This document shows positions 25,546-42,597 of a stretch of 64,000 bases of DNA, one piece after another. The stretch comes from Chrysomallon squamiferum. Taxonomy: Eukaryota > Animalia > Mollusca. The stretch spans positions 6,944,001 to 7,008,000 of the forward strand of contig CM022678.1 in assembly GCA_012295275.1 (NCBI GenBank), in the 5' to 3' direction. The notes beneath the pieces are model-generated. The model was not told the DNA's origin. It did no database searches and saw only the letters and a program-made list of their open reading frames with translations. The position numbers and the translations under genes are program-made. Position 1 is the stretch's first letter, and each line of letters starts with the position of its first letter.

Positions 25546-25676
25546 CTCAGGTTGTGTAGATATGCTGGCTTGACTAGGGTATTGTCACGAGATTGACTAA
25601 GTGTGTGTATTCAAAGAAACACACACACACACACATTTATATAGACATAAAACCTGTAACAGTGAAGAAGAGATGT

Positions 25677-25778
<102 letters not shown>

Positions 25779-25974
25779 ACCGACTTTTACATACATAGAC
25801 AAACAGACATTTATTCACATAGACAGACATACATAGACAGATACAAACATATTCTTCGTTTTTCTTTAGATTACAGAGATTATAGATATCCATTAGATAT
25901 ACATAGACAGATATCATCAAACTATATTCATCGTTTTCTCATTATCATCATTATTATTATTATTATTATCATTA

Positions 25975-26031
<57 letters not shown>

Positions 26032-26126
26032 TATTGTTATTATTATCATTATCATTATTATTACTATTATTATTATTTTTTTAGTTATTATTACTATTAT
26101 TATTATCATTATCATCATCATCATCA

Positions 26127-26187
<61 letters not shown>

Positions 26188-26530
26188 TATTTAAATAAGT
26201 GCTGATTTAAACTTGCTATTTATAAAAGTTGTTGCTGCACCAGTGGAGATGTCATCATCATCATCATCTGCAGATACTTATTATTACCTATTACCTGGTT
26301 GAAGAGTCGAACAAACATGAAATCAGTGCATTTAAACTCAAGTGACTGCAACGTGCATGTACAACCACTGGAGATTCATACACAAACGCACACACACACA
26401 CACACACACACAGTATATATACTGGTTGAAAAACAACAAACACACAAGTGCACATCCACACACACATATATTATATTTATATATATATTTATACATATGC
26501 ATATACAAACACACACACACACACACACAC

Positions 26531-26595
<65 letters not shown>

Positions 26596-26836
26596 ATGAA
26601 GCAGTCATATTCGAAATAAAATACTGAATAAGAGGGAGAACGATAACGAAAACAAAAGCAAAAGCTGATGCTGTTACGACAGTTTTCATAAATGTACGTT
26701 AGTTAAGAGAACAGAACAGATATTAAACTGTGTACTAATAGTAGGGTTTTGTTATCGTTTAGAAATGAAAACAGTTAATAAATATATAAAGTTAAACTCT
26801 TGTTAACGCTGTGAATAAATCTAACTGAATTGGTAC

Positions 26837-26905
<69 letters not shown>

Positions 26906-27451
26906 AATAATAATAATAATAATAATAGTAATAGTAATAATAATAGTAGTAGTAGTAATAATAATAATAATAATAATAATGATAATAATAATATTAATAA
27001 TAACGATAATAAATAAATACATACGTAAATAAATAAATAGAAAATAAATAATTAGACAGCAGTAATGATAATAACAATAATAACGATGATGATGATGATG
27101 ATGATGATGATAATAATAATAATAATAATAATGATGATGATAATAATAATGATAATAATAATAATAATAATGATGATGATAATAATAACATGACTGACTG
27201 ACAGACGTAGAAGAGTGCTTCAGGTTTGTAATTCTTCGTTTAATTTAAGTTTTATGTATTCTGTAATCCTTACGCCATTTTGAACTGCCTGAATGAATGA
27301 ATGAATGAATGAATACATTAGTGAATGAATATTTAACAGCTCAGAAGAATTTGTTATTAATCTGTTATTGATGTTAAATTAAACGAATTTTGAATAAGAT
27401 AATATAGAAGATAACAAAACACACACACACACACACAAAAAAATTAAAAAA

Positions 27452-27485
<34 letters not shown>

Positions 27486-27704
27486 CTGATCTGCACGTGA
27501 GCTATTTTTGTCAGTTAGCAGTAAGCGGTCTTTGATATGCACCTTTCCAGAAACAGTAAAAACGCACAACGTCCTGACGTAAACCAGACCAAGAGCGCGG
27601 GCAGGAACGGGAAATAGGATAATGTGTTGGTAGACCAGTATGAGTGAGAATAAAAAAAAAAAAATGTTTCCTTCTTCTAAATCGCAAGTGAAATCAAACA
27701 GTGG

Positions 27705-27990
27705 AAGTAGTAATAGTAATAATAGTTGTTCTAGTAATAGTGGTAGTAATAGTAATAATAGTTGTTCTAGTAATAGTGGTAGTAATAGTAATAATAGTTG
27801 TTCTACTAATAGTGGTAGTAATAGTATTAATAGTTGTTCTACTAATAGTGGTAGTAATAGTAATAATAGTTGTTCTAGTAATAGTGGTAGCAATAGTAAT
27901 AGTAATGGTAGCAATAGTAATAATAGTGGTAGTAATAGTAATAATAGTTGTTCTAGTAATAGTAATAACAATAGTAGAAATATCTAGTAA
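27705..27990. repeat. 36-bp minisatellite (AATAGTTGTTCTAGTAATAGTGGTAGTAATAGTAAT)
   Basis: Unit starts at 27721, 27757 and onward, with about 6 variably degenerate copies. Confidence 0.85.
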
Positions 27991-28287
27991 TAGTAATAAT
28001 AGTAGTAGAAATAGTACCAGTAATAATAGAAAGTGGAGGTAAATCGCAATAGTAGTAGTAGTAGTTGTTGTCGTTGTTGTTGTGGTTGTAGACTTAGGAG
28101 TACTCGAATTTGCACAAGAGGTGATATTTTTTAAATGTCAGTGTTTTAGCTATCGAAACAAAATTATCCATGATTCATCAGAGTAATCTCTTTTCCTCCT
28201 TTGTTTTGTTTTGTTTTCTTAAGATAAAAGTCTGTTAAATTTCCCAACACATAATTATTAACTACGATTTTATTAATTATTAACTAG

Positions 28288-28333
<46 letters not shown>

Positions 28334-28339
28334 TCATTG

Positions 28340-28374
<35 letters not shown>

Positions 28375-28387
28375 GTTATTATTATTT

Positions 28388-28423
<36 letters not shown>

Positions 28424-28456
28424 TCATTGTTGTTATTATTATTATTATTATTATTT

Positions 28457-28499
<43 letters not shown>

Positions 28500-28501
28500 C
28501 G

Positions 28502-28568
<67 letters not shown>

Positions 28569-29008
28569 CATTATTACTACTACTACTATTATTATTCCAT
28601 CACTCGTTCTTTCCTTCTTTCGATCGTTCTTTTCCAGTTTTCATTTCTTCCGTATTCACGTTTCAATCATTGTTTGCGTTTTTTCTTAATGATTTTTTTT
28701 CTTTTTTTTTTCTTCTCAATTTTTTTTTTTTTTTTCCTGTCTCTGTTTCATATCTATAATAGATAAACGAGCGCGTGACGGGGGTCAGTGGTTTTTCTTG
28801 GTCACGTGACTGTTCTTGGGCCTGTGTATTGTCTGTCACGAGTTGTTCGTAACTTTGACATTTGTGTTAATGGGTATGATGATTGCCGCGTGCTGTCAGT
28901 ACAGACGCGAGTTTATGAAAAGGAAATATTTGAATTTGCAAAGAATGTCTGCCCCCGGAGACCTATATTTATAGATTTACAGTATGTGTGTATGTATGTA
29001 TATATAGG

Positions 29009-29057
<49 letters not shown>

Positions 29058-29239
29058 ATATATATATACACCCACAAACATACAAACATGCACACACATA
29101 CACATAAACGTATACATATAAATTTATTTACTTGTTTATTTATTTATTCACGTTACTTTTTATATTACGACAGCTACCACTACTCGTATTCACGATATTA
29201 TTACAGCTATTACTATTATCTCTATTACCAGCACTACTG

Positions 29240-29285
<46 letters not shown>

Positions 29286-29693
29286 CACTACTACCACTAT
29301 TACTACAACCACAACTGCTACTAATATTACCACAAGAACTTCTAGTAGCACTAAACCTACTATTAATACCACTACCGCTACCGCTACTATTATTATTACA
29401 ATTTCCACAACAACAGCAGCAACTACTACTACTCTTACTACTACTACAACTACAACTACTACAACCACCACCACCACCATCACCACGTCCCCTCTTAATC
29501 GATTACTGATACTGTCCCTTCAACTGATCATTCATCATCGACAGCAGATAACGAACGAAATGTCACAGCATATGTTTATCTCAAGACTTTCAAAAGAAAC
29601 TTATATCTGATACAACGTGCTTTTCAACGCGTGTCTGTAACAAGAAAAAAATACTTGCTCTATCGGTGACATACGTTTATAAAAATGACTTAC

Positions 29694-29851
29694 CTTTCAA
29701 GAGAAATGATCATTAACCTCCACGTTTCACGGCGTACATGGTTTTGTCCGTGTTTTCGCCTCGCGTACACCACAAGGAAGGCTTCCTTGTAACAGCGACT
29801 TCTTTCGTGTATGTCGACTGTGTGAAAAGGTGTCCGTTCTGCGCAGGCGCA
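29694..29851 (-). promoter_or_regulatory. Candidate distal first exon/promoter (minus strand) with NRF1-like site
   Basis: AAAG|GTAAGT donor at 29694/29693. Locally CpG-rich. TGCGCAGGCGCA at 29840-29851. Confidence 0.3.
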
Positions 29852-30218
29852 GTGCTTGTGACTTAAAAAAAAAAAAAATAATAATAACCGAAAGGGAAGG
29901 CGTGTTTACAGTTTACGCTGTAATTAAGTGAGTTTATTATTTTTTTCTTTCGTTCTTTCTTTCTTTCTTTTCTTTCTTTCTTTTTTTTTTCTTTTTTTTC
30001 TTTTTTTTTTTTTTTTTCTTTTCTTTATTTTTTTTTCTTTCTTTTTTTTTTTTACTTTTTTTTTACCTTATATTTTGAATTATATTTGCATGTTATATGA
30101 AGATGAGAGACTTAATGGTTGTGGATACAGTGTATAGTTCTATGTGTGTATATGTATATTGTGTATGTATGTGTGTGTGTGAGTATATATATATATATAT
30201 ATATATATATCTGTATAA

Positions 30219-30252
<34 letters not shown>

Positions 30253-32609
30253 CTCACACACACAGATTACACACTAATATATATATATAAAAGTATGTAT
30301 ATACATAGGCATGTATGTGTGCTTGCATATATATCTCTATAACTACGTACGTACGTACGTATGTATGTATAACTGAACGTATTTACGTATTTTCAAACTG
30401 TCCACATATCACACGCTACTACAACTTTTAATGAAATTTTTACAATTTAGAATTTTCCAAAACGCTTGCGATTTCTCAGCTCGCTGCGTCACACGTAAAA
30501 CTGTTAATTTAGTTTTAACTACTTTCTCCTCCGGGGTTCCGTTTATCAGCGCTGAGTCAAGAAATATCCAGAAATAAGCCAGGTATTTTATTAAGCCAGA
30601 TTCTTTTTTTCTTGTATTTTATTTTTTTACACAGTCTTCTTAGACCCCCCCTTCTCCGATCTTCTCCGTTTCTTATCACATAGCTAAACGCTTCGCTGAG
30701 TTTATGCTGTGTTTATGTTGTGTTTATGTTGTGTTTATGTTAACGTCAGCTTTCTAGTTTGATGGTTTCGACAGAAAGAGTCCGCGGGGAGTAGACAAAT
30801 CCGTAACTGTTTCGTGAAAATCTCAGGTACCGCGGCTACTTGTATAACAACTGCCACTAGTGTTACTGCTGCTGCTACTACTACTAAAACCACTGCTGCT
30901 ACTATTAACAATGCTGCTGATGATGATGATGATGATGTTGCTGACGGTAGTAAAATACTGTTAATACTAGATACTACTAAGACTAAAACTACTACAATTA
31001 CTACTACTACTACTACTAATGCAACTTTACCATTATAACTACTACTACTACTACTACTACTGCTGCTGCTGCTGATGATGATGATGTTGCTGACGGTGCT
31101 GCTGTTAGTACTACCACTTACTAAACTAAACTATAACTTCTACTGCTCTACTACTGGTACGACTACTACTACCACTACTATTATGCTGTTCTATTTCTGC
31201 TAAAACAATTATGGTCCTAGTATCTGGACCTGCTGTTTTTTAGCATATACTGTAACAAAGTTAGTACCAGTTGTAGTGCTATTACTACAAGTACCACTAC
31301 TACAGTTTAATAATATGCTGTTTATTATTATTATCATCACCATCGTCATCAACATGATTATTATTAATAGTCGCAGCAGCAGTAGTAGTAGTGTTGATGT
31401 TGTTAGTTTTCTTACTGTTGATATGTTTGTTGTTAATGATATTATTATTTGTCTTTATTTCTTCTTCTTCTTCTTATTATTATTATTATCATCATCATCA
31501 TCATCATCATTATCATTACTATTACTATTATTGTTGTTGTTGTTGTTGTTGTTGCTGCTGCTGCTGTTGCTACTGTTGCTTCTGTTGCTGCTGCTTTTAT
31601 TAGTACTTAAAGATAGTTCATACCTACCATTAATTCTTTCAAAACGGAGCGCGACATTCTAATCTCGACCATATTTATGTCGTCATAACAAACACCCTAT
31701 TGTGATGACGTCATAAGCAATTGACGTGACGTTTCATAGGCAACCGCTGCGTTATTTCTTCGTCTGTTGCATTGTCGGATTTCTTAATTTAGTTTTATTT
31801 CTGGATTAATTAAATATGCCTTAGGATGTAGGTAAACGTTTGAAAGATATTGATAGCGTATGTATACATATTCAGTTAGTAATAGACAAGTTATTTGTAG
31901 TGGTTATGTATAACCGTAGCGAAGTTAAAATGAAGAAGGCAGTGATAGTATTCGATCCTCATGCCTAACGTTGCAGAAATAAAAGATGTAACCATGTTTA
32001 CCGATGTTTATATTCAGCTAACGAAATTTATGTTTAATATTTAAAAGTTATTTGACTTTTTATTTATTTATTTGATTACTTAGTTTTATTTTTTATTTTT
32101 TTTATATTTTTATTTATTTATTTATTTATTTACACATTTACTTTTTTTTTAATTACTTACCATTCATTCTTTCATTTTCATTTACTTTTTTTTTGTTTCT
32201 TTCTTCAATTTTTTTTTTTGTATATCTAATTTTATTTATTTATTAATTTACTTTGTTCTTATCTATTTACGTATTGTTTATTTATTTATTTACATGTTAT
32301 TTATTTATTTATTCATTCATTCATAATTTACTCATTTTGTGTATCCGTGATTTTTTCGTGTACATCCGTTTTAACCTGCTGCATGTAATTTCAAACTATT
32401 TATCAGATACATGTTTGTTGATGTTAATGTTTGTGTATTTACGCATAATCGCAATTTAAAGACGCAAAAAAACAAGTAATAAAATAAAAATAAAACATGC
32501 ACGAAATTACCTCACTGTAACACTATCGTTCAACATTCAGAAATTTTATACATCGCTTTTGTATTCACTCATCCTGTTGACAACAAGAGGGTGTCGTAAA
32601 TCCAGGTTA

Positions 32610-32724
<115 letters not shown>

Positions 32725-34002
32725 CGCTCATATATACACATATGTATATAAAAACACAAACGTATATATGAGTGTCTCTCACTATATATATATATCACCT
32801 GTATATATGTATGAATATATTTATATATTTATATGTGTGTATGTATATATGTGTGTGTATGTGTGTGTGTCTGTGTGTTTATTTATTTATTTATTTATTT
32901 ATTTACAACCACCTCGGCCCTACTTTACTACTCACTAACTGTACAACGTACTTTTATGAAAACAGCAAGATCAGGAGATTTGTATTGCGTCATTAAAATG
33001 ATGGAGACAATTACAATTCTAGTCCGGATGTCCTGTTGATGGTTGATGAAATTCCTGGTGATGTCACCGTCAGTTTAGCCTTATTATTGCTAGCCAGCCG
33101 AAGCTTTTATGTGTAAACCAGGCGAAAAAAGAATAAATTATTCATTGCCTGTCTGAAGGCTTGAAACATCTACTTTAGATCAATTATGTATTTCCTGATG
33201 TTAACTTCGTATTATTGAGAGGTATTGAGAAGTTCGTGTTAACTGTTGATATTAAATAGATGTTTTAATATTAACTGTTAAAAGGCTGTATTCAGACGTT
33301 GTTATTAATAAACAGTCATATTAGATAGCTATTAAAAATAGTGATATTAAATTGCTGTTATTAAAAAAATAGCGTTATTAAATAGTTGTATTCATATTAA
33401 CTTTTATTATTTTAGTATTATCTTTTTATGTTAAAATAGATGTATTAATATTAACTCCGTCGTAATAAAGAGATATATTAATACTAATTGTTTATATTAA
33501 GTAGATATATTAATACTAACAGATATATTAAATAGATACATTAATATTAAATGATTATATTAACAAATGCTTTATAACCTTAAATTTATCTCGTTTTTTT
33601 TTTTTTATCCACGGTTATAAGATATGGGATCAGCGCATTTCATTTAAAATGATTCATTATCATAAAAATATCATAAGAAGAAACAGTAATTGAATTTATG
33701 TTCACTTAAATATGTACGCAATTGGACGAGTCCATTTATAATGAGTAAGGGGTGTTTTAGATACGAAACTGAAACGTTCAGATTGTGTGCATATGTCAGA
33801 GCGTATTTGCGTGTTGTGTGTGTGTGTGCGCGTGTTTCACCTTGTGAACTTTGTGCAGTAACTCTCCACATATTAAATTACAGCACATTTTTTTTTTTTT
33901 TTGTTCCTTTAAATTAGACTCTTCGAAGCGGTTAAAAAATCAACAGAAACTGACATCTCTAAATAGACTAATTTTAGAATTTTTTTTTTTTTTTAAAACG
34001 AG

Positions 34003-34040
<38 letters not shown>

Positions 34041-34723
34041 GAAAACAAAAGTATACTTTAGTCGTATATTAAATGAAATAATGAACAAAACATTTAATTC
34101 ATTTAGCTGGTAAAAAAACAACAACATAAATCTCAATTCGATAAGACGTTTGGAAAATCTGAAAAAATGTACTATCTACTAACGTAAGTTTAAAAAAAAA
34201 AAAAAAAAAAAATACAAGAAACAAGCAAATTAAAACAGACATAGCAAGTTGTTACACTCAAAACTTAAGTCCACTGCATCAAACAAGTTTCGTTCGCACG
34301 GTCTAGTGAATACTAAAAAAACAAAATTTAAAAAAAACGAAAAGAAAAGAAATTAGATGGCGCGACTAATAATGACAGAAGCAGACGCTATTAAAAATAA
34401 TCAATAATTTCTCTTCGTTAGCCAGGAACAGACGTAAATGACAAGATTAACTGGGGGGATAATGACTGTAAATTACAAGTTTTATTGACTGTTTTAAAAT
34501 CCTCTCTGTGATTTCGTCTCGTGCACAGCATGTCGCGCGTTTTTCGTTACGGGGGTGGGGGAAGGATCGTTAATTATGTATTCATTTTATTTTGCATCTT
34601 TATACGCGTTCCCGTCATGCTGTCTGTTATTTTCAAAACAGTGTGACGTATAAAATTAGCATATCTGGCGTGTAAAAATGGTGGTATGTGGTGTCTGAAA
34701 AATGCTGAAGGCAAATTTCTTGG

Positions 34724-34808
<85 letters not shown>

Positions 34809-36084
34809 TTAATTTCTCGCACAATTTTTTTTATTTTTTTTTTTTCCTTTACAAATCCCACACACTTTTGTCTCTTTTAATCTCTCACGTTATTTAATTT
34901 CTCCCAGGATTTTTTTTTTTTTTTTTTTTTTTTTTGGTTTAATTTCATTTACCAGTCCCACACACACATAGTTTATACCGCTGTTTACAGAGTGCGTCAA
35001 TATTTATTACTTAATCATTTTTTAAATTTGCAGTTGGCCGCAGGGTATCAACCGCATGTCGCGTTAGATAACGCGCTCTCTGCAAAAACATGGCGCACGT
35101 TTTCGTCCTATCCGACATCTTGCGTTACCGCCAACAACATCTGCTCTGTTTTAATTATCTCACTATTTACGTATTCGTCCTCCTGTCCTTGACCCGCTGT
35201 TTACTGTGTATGTGTACGTCTGTTTGTGCGTCTGTAATTTTTGTTTGTGTGTGTTTTTAATCTTTCTGTTTGTCTGTTGGTATGTCTCTGTATTTTTGAT
35301 TGACTGTGTCTGTTTGTACATCTGTTGATTTCCCTGTCTGTGTGTCTGTTTGTGTGTATGTAGAATGCACTATTTATGTGTCTTTTTGGGTGTATGTCTG
35401 TATATTTGACTGTCAGTATATCTGTATGCTTATATCACTGTCTGCCTGTCTTTTTCTTCGTGTGTCTGTCTGTCAACCTTCCTACTGTGTCTGCCTCTCT
35501 GCTTTTTTCAAAAAATATGATTACGTTAGTCTTTCTCCATTCCTCTGTCTGTTTATCTGTCCATGTGGTTGTCTGTACGTTTATCTGTTTATCTAACTGT
35601 CTGCAGAATCTATCTGTCTATGACCTTGCCTGTTTACTTCCTGATTATTTTATCAGACACGGAATTGGGGTTATTTCCCTTTGAAACTAGAGGTGTCCTC
35701 ATTTTGTTTCCTTTTTTTTTTTTTATACATATATGTATATATGTTTGTATATGTGTGGGTATATATATATGTATGTATGTATGTATGTATATGTATATGT
35801 ATGTATATGTATGTATGTATATGTATGTATATATGTATATATGTATGTATGTATGCCGTAGGGCGCACATAATGATGTTTTAATGATAAAGATGATAACA
35901 ACACAAATAATTTTAATTATCTAAAAAGAAACCAACGAACATTTGGTATCAAACAACTGTCAATGCCAAATGCGTAATACTGTCGTGAAGGAATTATTAC
36001 TCTTACATACGTTTAATTAAAGTAAAAATAATCTGAAATGAAAACAGAAATAGATTTTTAGCTGAGATATTAAACAGCCTGTAA

Positions 36085-36123
<39 letters not shown>

Positions 36124-36194
36124 ACCATGAAAGAAAGAAGAACATATTAATAACACGACAATAGCAGTACAGATTTTAAACCATTTATTATATA

Positions 36195-36231
<37 letters not shown>

Positions 36232-36603
36232 GGTAGTTCACACAGGTAAATAATGGGGAAAGTGACATCAAGAACAGTAACAAATAATAAATAAATAAAT
36301 AATGGGGAAAATAAATAATAACAATTATAAATAATAAATAAATAAATTAAATAAATAATATTATTAATAATAATATTATTATCGTTCGTTTTAAAAAAAA
36401 ACGTTCGTTTGCGCGTAAAGACTTTATTTATATCGACGGGGATTGTCCCAATCTATTTAGACGTCATACAAACGTTATACACTTTTTCCTCTTTCTTTTT
36501 TTTTTTTTTTTTTTTTTTTTTTTCTCAGAAAAATTGCATGCAATTTCCTCTGCACCTAAACAGGATACATAAACACATCAATCAAAAAAATAAATCAATC
36601 AAT

Positions 36604-36637
<34 letters not shown>

Positions 36638-36929
36638 AAAAAAAATAATAATAATAATAAAAACACACACACATACAAACACACACAAAAAAAAAAAAAA
36701 AAAAAACAGCTATTAAATATCTCTCATTTGTTTATTTATATATATTTTTAAATACTTTTTTATTTAATTTATTTATCTCACGCTGTAATCTAGTCGCCTT
36801 GCTTTTTATTAGCATTTCGCAAACACGTAAGCCGGAGCGTGTTGAAAAATAATCGTTCACAATACAATTACCACCGCCACTACTACTTCTATAATACCAC
36901 CAGCAGCACCACATGATTCACGCTTAAAA

Positions 36930-37177
36930 ACCCGGCTTCGTGTAAACTGATAGCCGCCGTGAGTAGAACGAGCAGACGATAAGGTGTCCGTCCGCGTGCT
37001 GGGCTAAATTTATTCGCGCGTGCTAACGACCGAGCAGACGTCGAAAGTGCAGTGCGCATACGATTTGTGAGGAAAAAAAAAACGGCGGGTAGTTCTTCGT
37101 CTTCTTACTATTAGTATTATTATTATTGTCGTTGAGGAAAAGCTTTTGGATTACCTGGAGAGCGTTTATCTATCAAA
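36930..37177 (+). other. Candidate promoter/non-coding first exon of the plus-strand GPCR
   Basis: Locally GC/CpG-rich unique sequence at about 36830-37090 that ends in AAA|GTAAGT at 37177/37178. The next plus-strand gene has an acceptor at 49471-49473. Confidence 0.35.
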
Positions 37178-37980
37178 GTAAGTGCTGGTTTTAAAAATGT
37201 TTGCTTGTCTATCTTCTGCTTCGCTTCTCAGCTCGTTTATAGCTAATTGTGTGGAGTGTAATACGACAACAAGGGACGTTTTTTTGGGGGAGAGTTGTTT
37301 TTAGGGACGAAATTGTTTGGGGACGAATTTTTGTTTTTGTTTTTAAAAAATTATTGCTATATTTTTTTTTGAATTTATTTTATCGCTGATGGCCAGGTTG
37401 GTTATGATGTATGTGTGTGTGGGGGTGAAATGATAATACTGCACCTGTTTGTCCCAGTTTTTTTTCTTTTTTCTAAATATAGATGTTGGTACGCTGTCCC
37501 GTGCGTCTGTGTTTTGATCCTCCCTGCGTGTGTCAACATTCCGCCGCTTATCGGAGAATCAGAAGGCGTTTACGATATATAATGCTAGTGATTCAGCAGT
37601 CTTTTTTTTATTTTAATTTTTTTTAAATTTATTTTTATCTTATTTAAATTTAAGTATTTGTGTTATTTATTTACAGTTATTATTATTATTATTATTATTA
37701 TCATTATTATTATTATTATTATTATCTTTCTAAAAAAAAATTATTTTTTATTTTAATTAATTTGTTTATCAAAACGGAAAATGTCGATCACTGACGGAAT
37801 TAGTCGATCAGGCGAAAAGAGGTTTTATTTACTGTACTACAGGATGGGTAGAGATACTGGAGTGGCGCTATAATTGTGTTAAGTGTCCTATCCCTAGATT
37901 TAAAATAAGGTCAATCTACGGTGTTAGATAATGACAGACGAGATCGCTGTGTCAGGTCCTTTTTTAAAATAAACAAATTT

Positions 37981-38011
<31 letters not shown>

Positions 38012-38885
38012 TTATTATTATTATTATTATCATCATAGTTAGTTTTAGTTTTAGTTTTAGTTTTAGTTTTAGTTTTAGTTTTAGTTTTTGTTTTTGTTTT
38101 TGTTTTTGGCATAGTTTTAGTTTTAGTTTTAGTTTCAGTTTTGTTTAGTTTATTTTTGATCAGTCTAGTTTTGATAGTTAACAAGGTTTTTTTTTTGTTT
38201 TTTTATAACAATATATATATAAGAAAAAAAAAAAGTCAAATAATTAAATAAATAAGTAATTAAAAAACTAGTAATTTAAAAAAAAAACAAAAAAAAAACA
38301 AACATTTTTTTTTAACATAATAGTAATAATGGTCACAATAATCATCATAATAAAAATAATAATAAATAAATATAAGAAGAAGAAGAAGAAGAAGGTATTT
38401 GTTTATTTTAAAACACGGGGCTATATCAGGTTTCCCTTGGGATAGGATTACGTAACATCGCTCATGTTCCTGACCTGAAACGTCAGCTGTAGGATGGAAT
38501 GTTTGTCATTATGAAGCAAAGCTTGTGTCACCTGTTCTGTACACCTTGCAGTAAGGTTTGAAAGCAATAAAATACATAAGTCGTCAAAACACTCCCACAC
38601 TCTGTCATAAATAAATAGAAGTATTTTGTTATTCACTAAAGACAATTCTGTCAGTGGTTTGAAAAACCCACCTTATTTTTTTGTTTTTAAACTGTGGGAT
38701 TTATCCCGTGGATAAATTACGTAAAAGTCAAAAAAAAAAAAAAGTCACGTTTTCCAGCAAATTTATTTCTAGACTTTTGGATGAAGTAAACAAATAAATT
38801 ATCTGTTTTGAAATTTGTAATATTTTACTTCTGCCAGAATTCGGTTTTACGTAAAATAATTATACTAATTGTGTGCTGTCACTGT

Positions 38886-39017
<132 letters not shown>

Positions 39018-39084
39018 CAAATACACTCACATCCACCCCCACCCATATCAACATTTATCAGACCATGTTATCTTTTCTTTAGCG

Positions 39085-39146
<62 letters not shown>

Positions 39147-39194
39147 TACATACATATACACTCGCTGACATATAGACCTATACATCCACGCACA

Positions 39195-39230
<36 letters not shown>

Positions 39231-39265
39231 AATTTCAGCATGCGTTTGCATACATGCATCCAGAG

Positions 39266-39370
<105 letters not shown>

Positions 39371-39854
39371 CACACACAACATCATACGATACCACCATCC
39401 ACATACTCCCCCAAAACCGAAACTTTTTTTTTTTCTGTATTAACCTTGTCCACTCTATCGGTCATAAATTAAATATATCACACAGTAAGGCTACGTAAGT
39501 TCGTTGCTATGGACACCACCGGTTACACTAACATATCATTTAATCTGTTAGTAGAGGAAAAAAAACAGGCGTATACATAAAAAAAAATCTCACATTTCAC
39601 GATCGAAATTTCACCTTCTAATCTGCTTCCCTGATTTATGTTTTACCCATTTAACAGGACGAAGCAAAGAATAAGCCTAGTGTACTAACCAGTGGGAGAG
39701 AGGAGAGAAAAAAGAGTAAATAAACAAAATAAAATAAAAAAACACACAGAAAGGAGATGGAAATCTCTGTGAGGTCTGAACACACATTTTATACATTTTC
39801 TTTCTTTATTTCTTTCTTTAATTTTGTTCTTGATTTTGTTGTTTTTACTATTGC

Positions 39855-39888
<34 letters not shown>

Positions 39889-42475
39889 GCTATTATTATT
39901 ATTATTATTATTATTGCTGTTATTATTATTATTCTTATTGCTATTATTATTATTATTATTATTGTTATTATTGCTATTATTATTATTCTTATTATTGCTA
40001 TTATTATTATCATCATTATTATTATTGCTGTTATTATTATTATTATTATTATTATTGCTATTATTATTATTGTTATTATTGCTGTTATTATTATTATTAT
40101 TATTGCTATTATTATTATCATCATTATTATTGCTATTATTATTTTTTTTATTATATTATTATCATTATCATTATCATTATTATTATTGTTGCTATCATTA
40201 TTTTTTATTATCATCATCATCATCACCATCATCATCATCATGATTATTAGTTTAAGGCTTGTATTTCTGCTTTGATATGTATGTGAACCAGCTTTTTTGC
40301 CGTGTTGTTGTTGCTGCTGTTGTTGTCATTATTATCACTGCTATTATTATTTGTTGTTGTTGTTGTTAGTACTTAAGCAGTTTCTTCTTCTTATTATAAT
40401 AATAATAACAATAATAGTAATAATAATAATTGTTATTATTATTATTATTATTTTATCATTCTCCTCCTCATCAACACCATCATCGCTACTATCGACGTCA
40501 TCGTCGTCACGATTAAATATTCGTAAATATCAGTTTATATAAAATTTCATCTAACATAATCAAACACATATGTAGCCCAGAAAACAGATGGAGATATTTA
40601 GCCTGGCTTTAAATATTTTGTTTGTGTATCAAAACCTTAATACAATCCAGACTATTATAGAAATATATATCTGTATATGTATGTATCCGTGTGTATGTAT
40701 TTATGAATGTATGTGGGTTTTGTGTCTGTGTGTATATATGTGTGTGTATGTATGTATGTATGTATGTATGTATGTATGTATGTATCACTACAATCACACC
40801 AACACGACCATATATTTTAGATCATATATTTTAGATCATATATTTTAGATCATTGATAGTCAATATAAGTGAACTGTCACACATAGTAAAGAATTGTCTT
40901 AAAGCATGGGCACAATGGGGAGTGATCCCGGGACCCAGGACGGGGGGGTCTAGGGGACCATGAAGTCTGTGTATGTTGTGAGTTACTGTTAACAGATCGC
41001 CCGCACATACGGACAATATGCATAACAATATTCTCATTTTCGATATAGATTAGAATAATGGTTGAAAAATGATTGAAAAAAAAAAAAAATAATAATAATA
41101 ATAATAAAATCGGGGGTGGAAAGAAAGAAAAGAAAACAAAAGAAAGAAATGAGAAGGAAAAAAAAAAACAAAAAAAAAAAACAGAACAGAAAAGGGGATA
41201 AAAAATTCAAAAAAGAAAATGTGCAATAGTTTTAAATTTCCATTCCATAACCACCATCCTTCCATTGAGTGCGTAAACTTTTAACCTTTTCCTCGTGAAA
41301 CAATTTGCCCAAAACACGCACATCCATCATTGTTATAATTACTTGTTAACTTTCTCTTTTTTTTTCCCCATCGTGTTATCACATGCTTTTAACTGTAACT
41401 CGCTTTGCAGTGAGCTCGTACGAGGCATGATAGGCTTCACGTTTAATCCTGCTCATTGCTGTTACAGGAATGTTTCTGTTTTTTTACAACAACAGTTGCT
41501 GCATGTGTGTGGTTTTATAAAAACAAGGGGGGTTTTTTGTTTTCTCGTCTGCAAAAATGCAGGTTTAGGGTTAGAAACAGACATAAGGTGTTAAGTATCG
41601 TTTAGATCAAACTGCCTTGAGTCATTTGTGAGGCAGTTTATAACGGCAGCATGTGTTGTCGAAATTTGTAATTAATGTTTGTATTTTTTCCCTGTTTATG
41701 AGAAGGTAATATAAAATATTTCTTACCGCTAACCAGTTGAAAATGAGCCATGTTATTGCTGCGTGGGATTTCCTGTCTGAAATAATCATTATGTTAAAAA
41801 CACAACTGTTTGAAGCCTAGCCAGCAGTAAGCTGAAGTTAAAAAAAAAAAATATAACATCACGATTTATTAAACAGACATCATTCGTTTATTTAAGTCTG
41901 TATTACGTTTATTTATCTATCTCCATGCATCTGTGATCAACAGACTGTCGCATTTTTCTAATAATTACACTAAAAACCCCAACTGTTTGAAAACTGGTAA
42001 CTGTTAATATTAACATCTATTGTGACGTATTTATTTATTTAGTCTGTGTTTTTCTTATTTATCTGTCGCCGTTTGTCTATTATCAATTAACCGACGTCAC
42101 TGACCGGTTTCTATGACAACATACGTTTTGACAAATGGATTTATTTGTTGTTCTGTGCTTGCACAGGACAGCTGGAATTACACACCAGCTTGTTGTAACG
42201 ATGCTTACAGTAAATAATTGAGTGATAGCTCTGAGTAACTGAGTAATTCGGTGTGTAAATTGTTTGTGTAAAATAGAGTGGGATAATTGATTGGCTTCTG
42301 CAAGTGAAACTCGAAAATTATTTCCGTGATCGGATTTAAAACGGAATGTCCAATCCAGTGCTATTTTCTTTTATTTCTCTTTGTCTTTTTTTTTTCCTTT
42401 CTTCTTTCTCTTATACCCAGTTTCTGTTTCTCTCATATTCTATCTTTCTCTTTCTGTCTGTCTTTCCCATATACT

Positions 42476-42597
<122 letters not shown>

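Noticed and set aside
27640-27987. Ser/Asn/Cys repeat protein ORF
   Set aside because: It is the product of a 36-bp AGT/AAT-derived minisatellite, with no other support.
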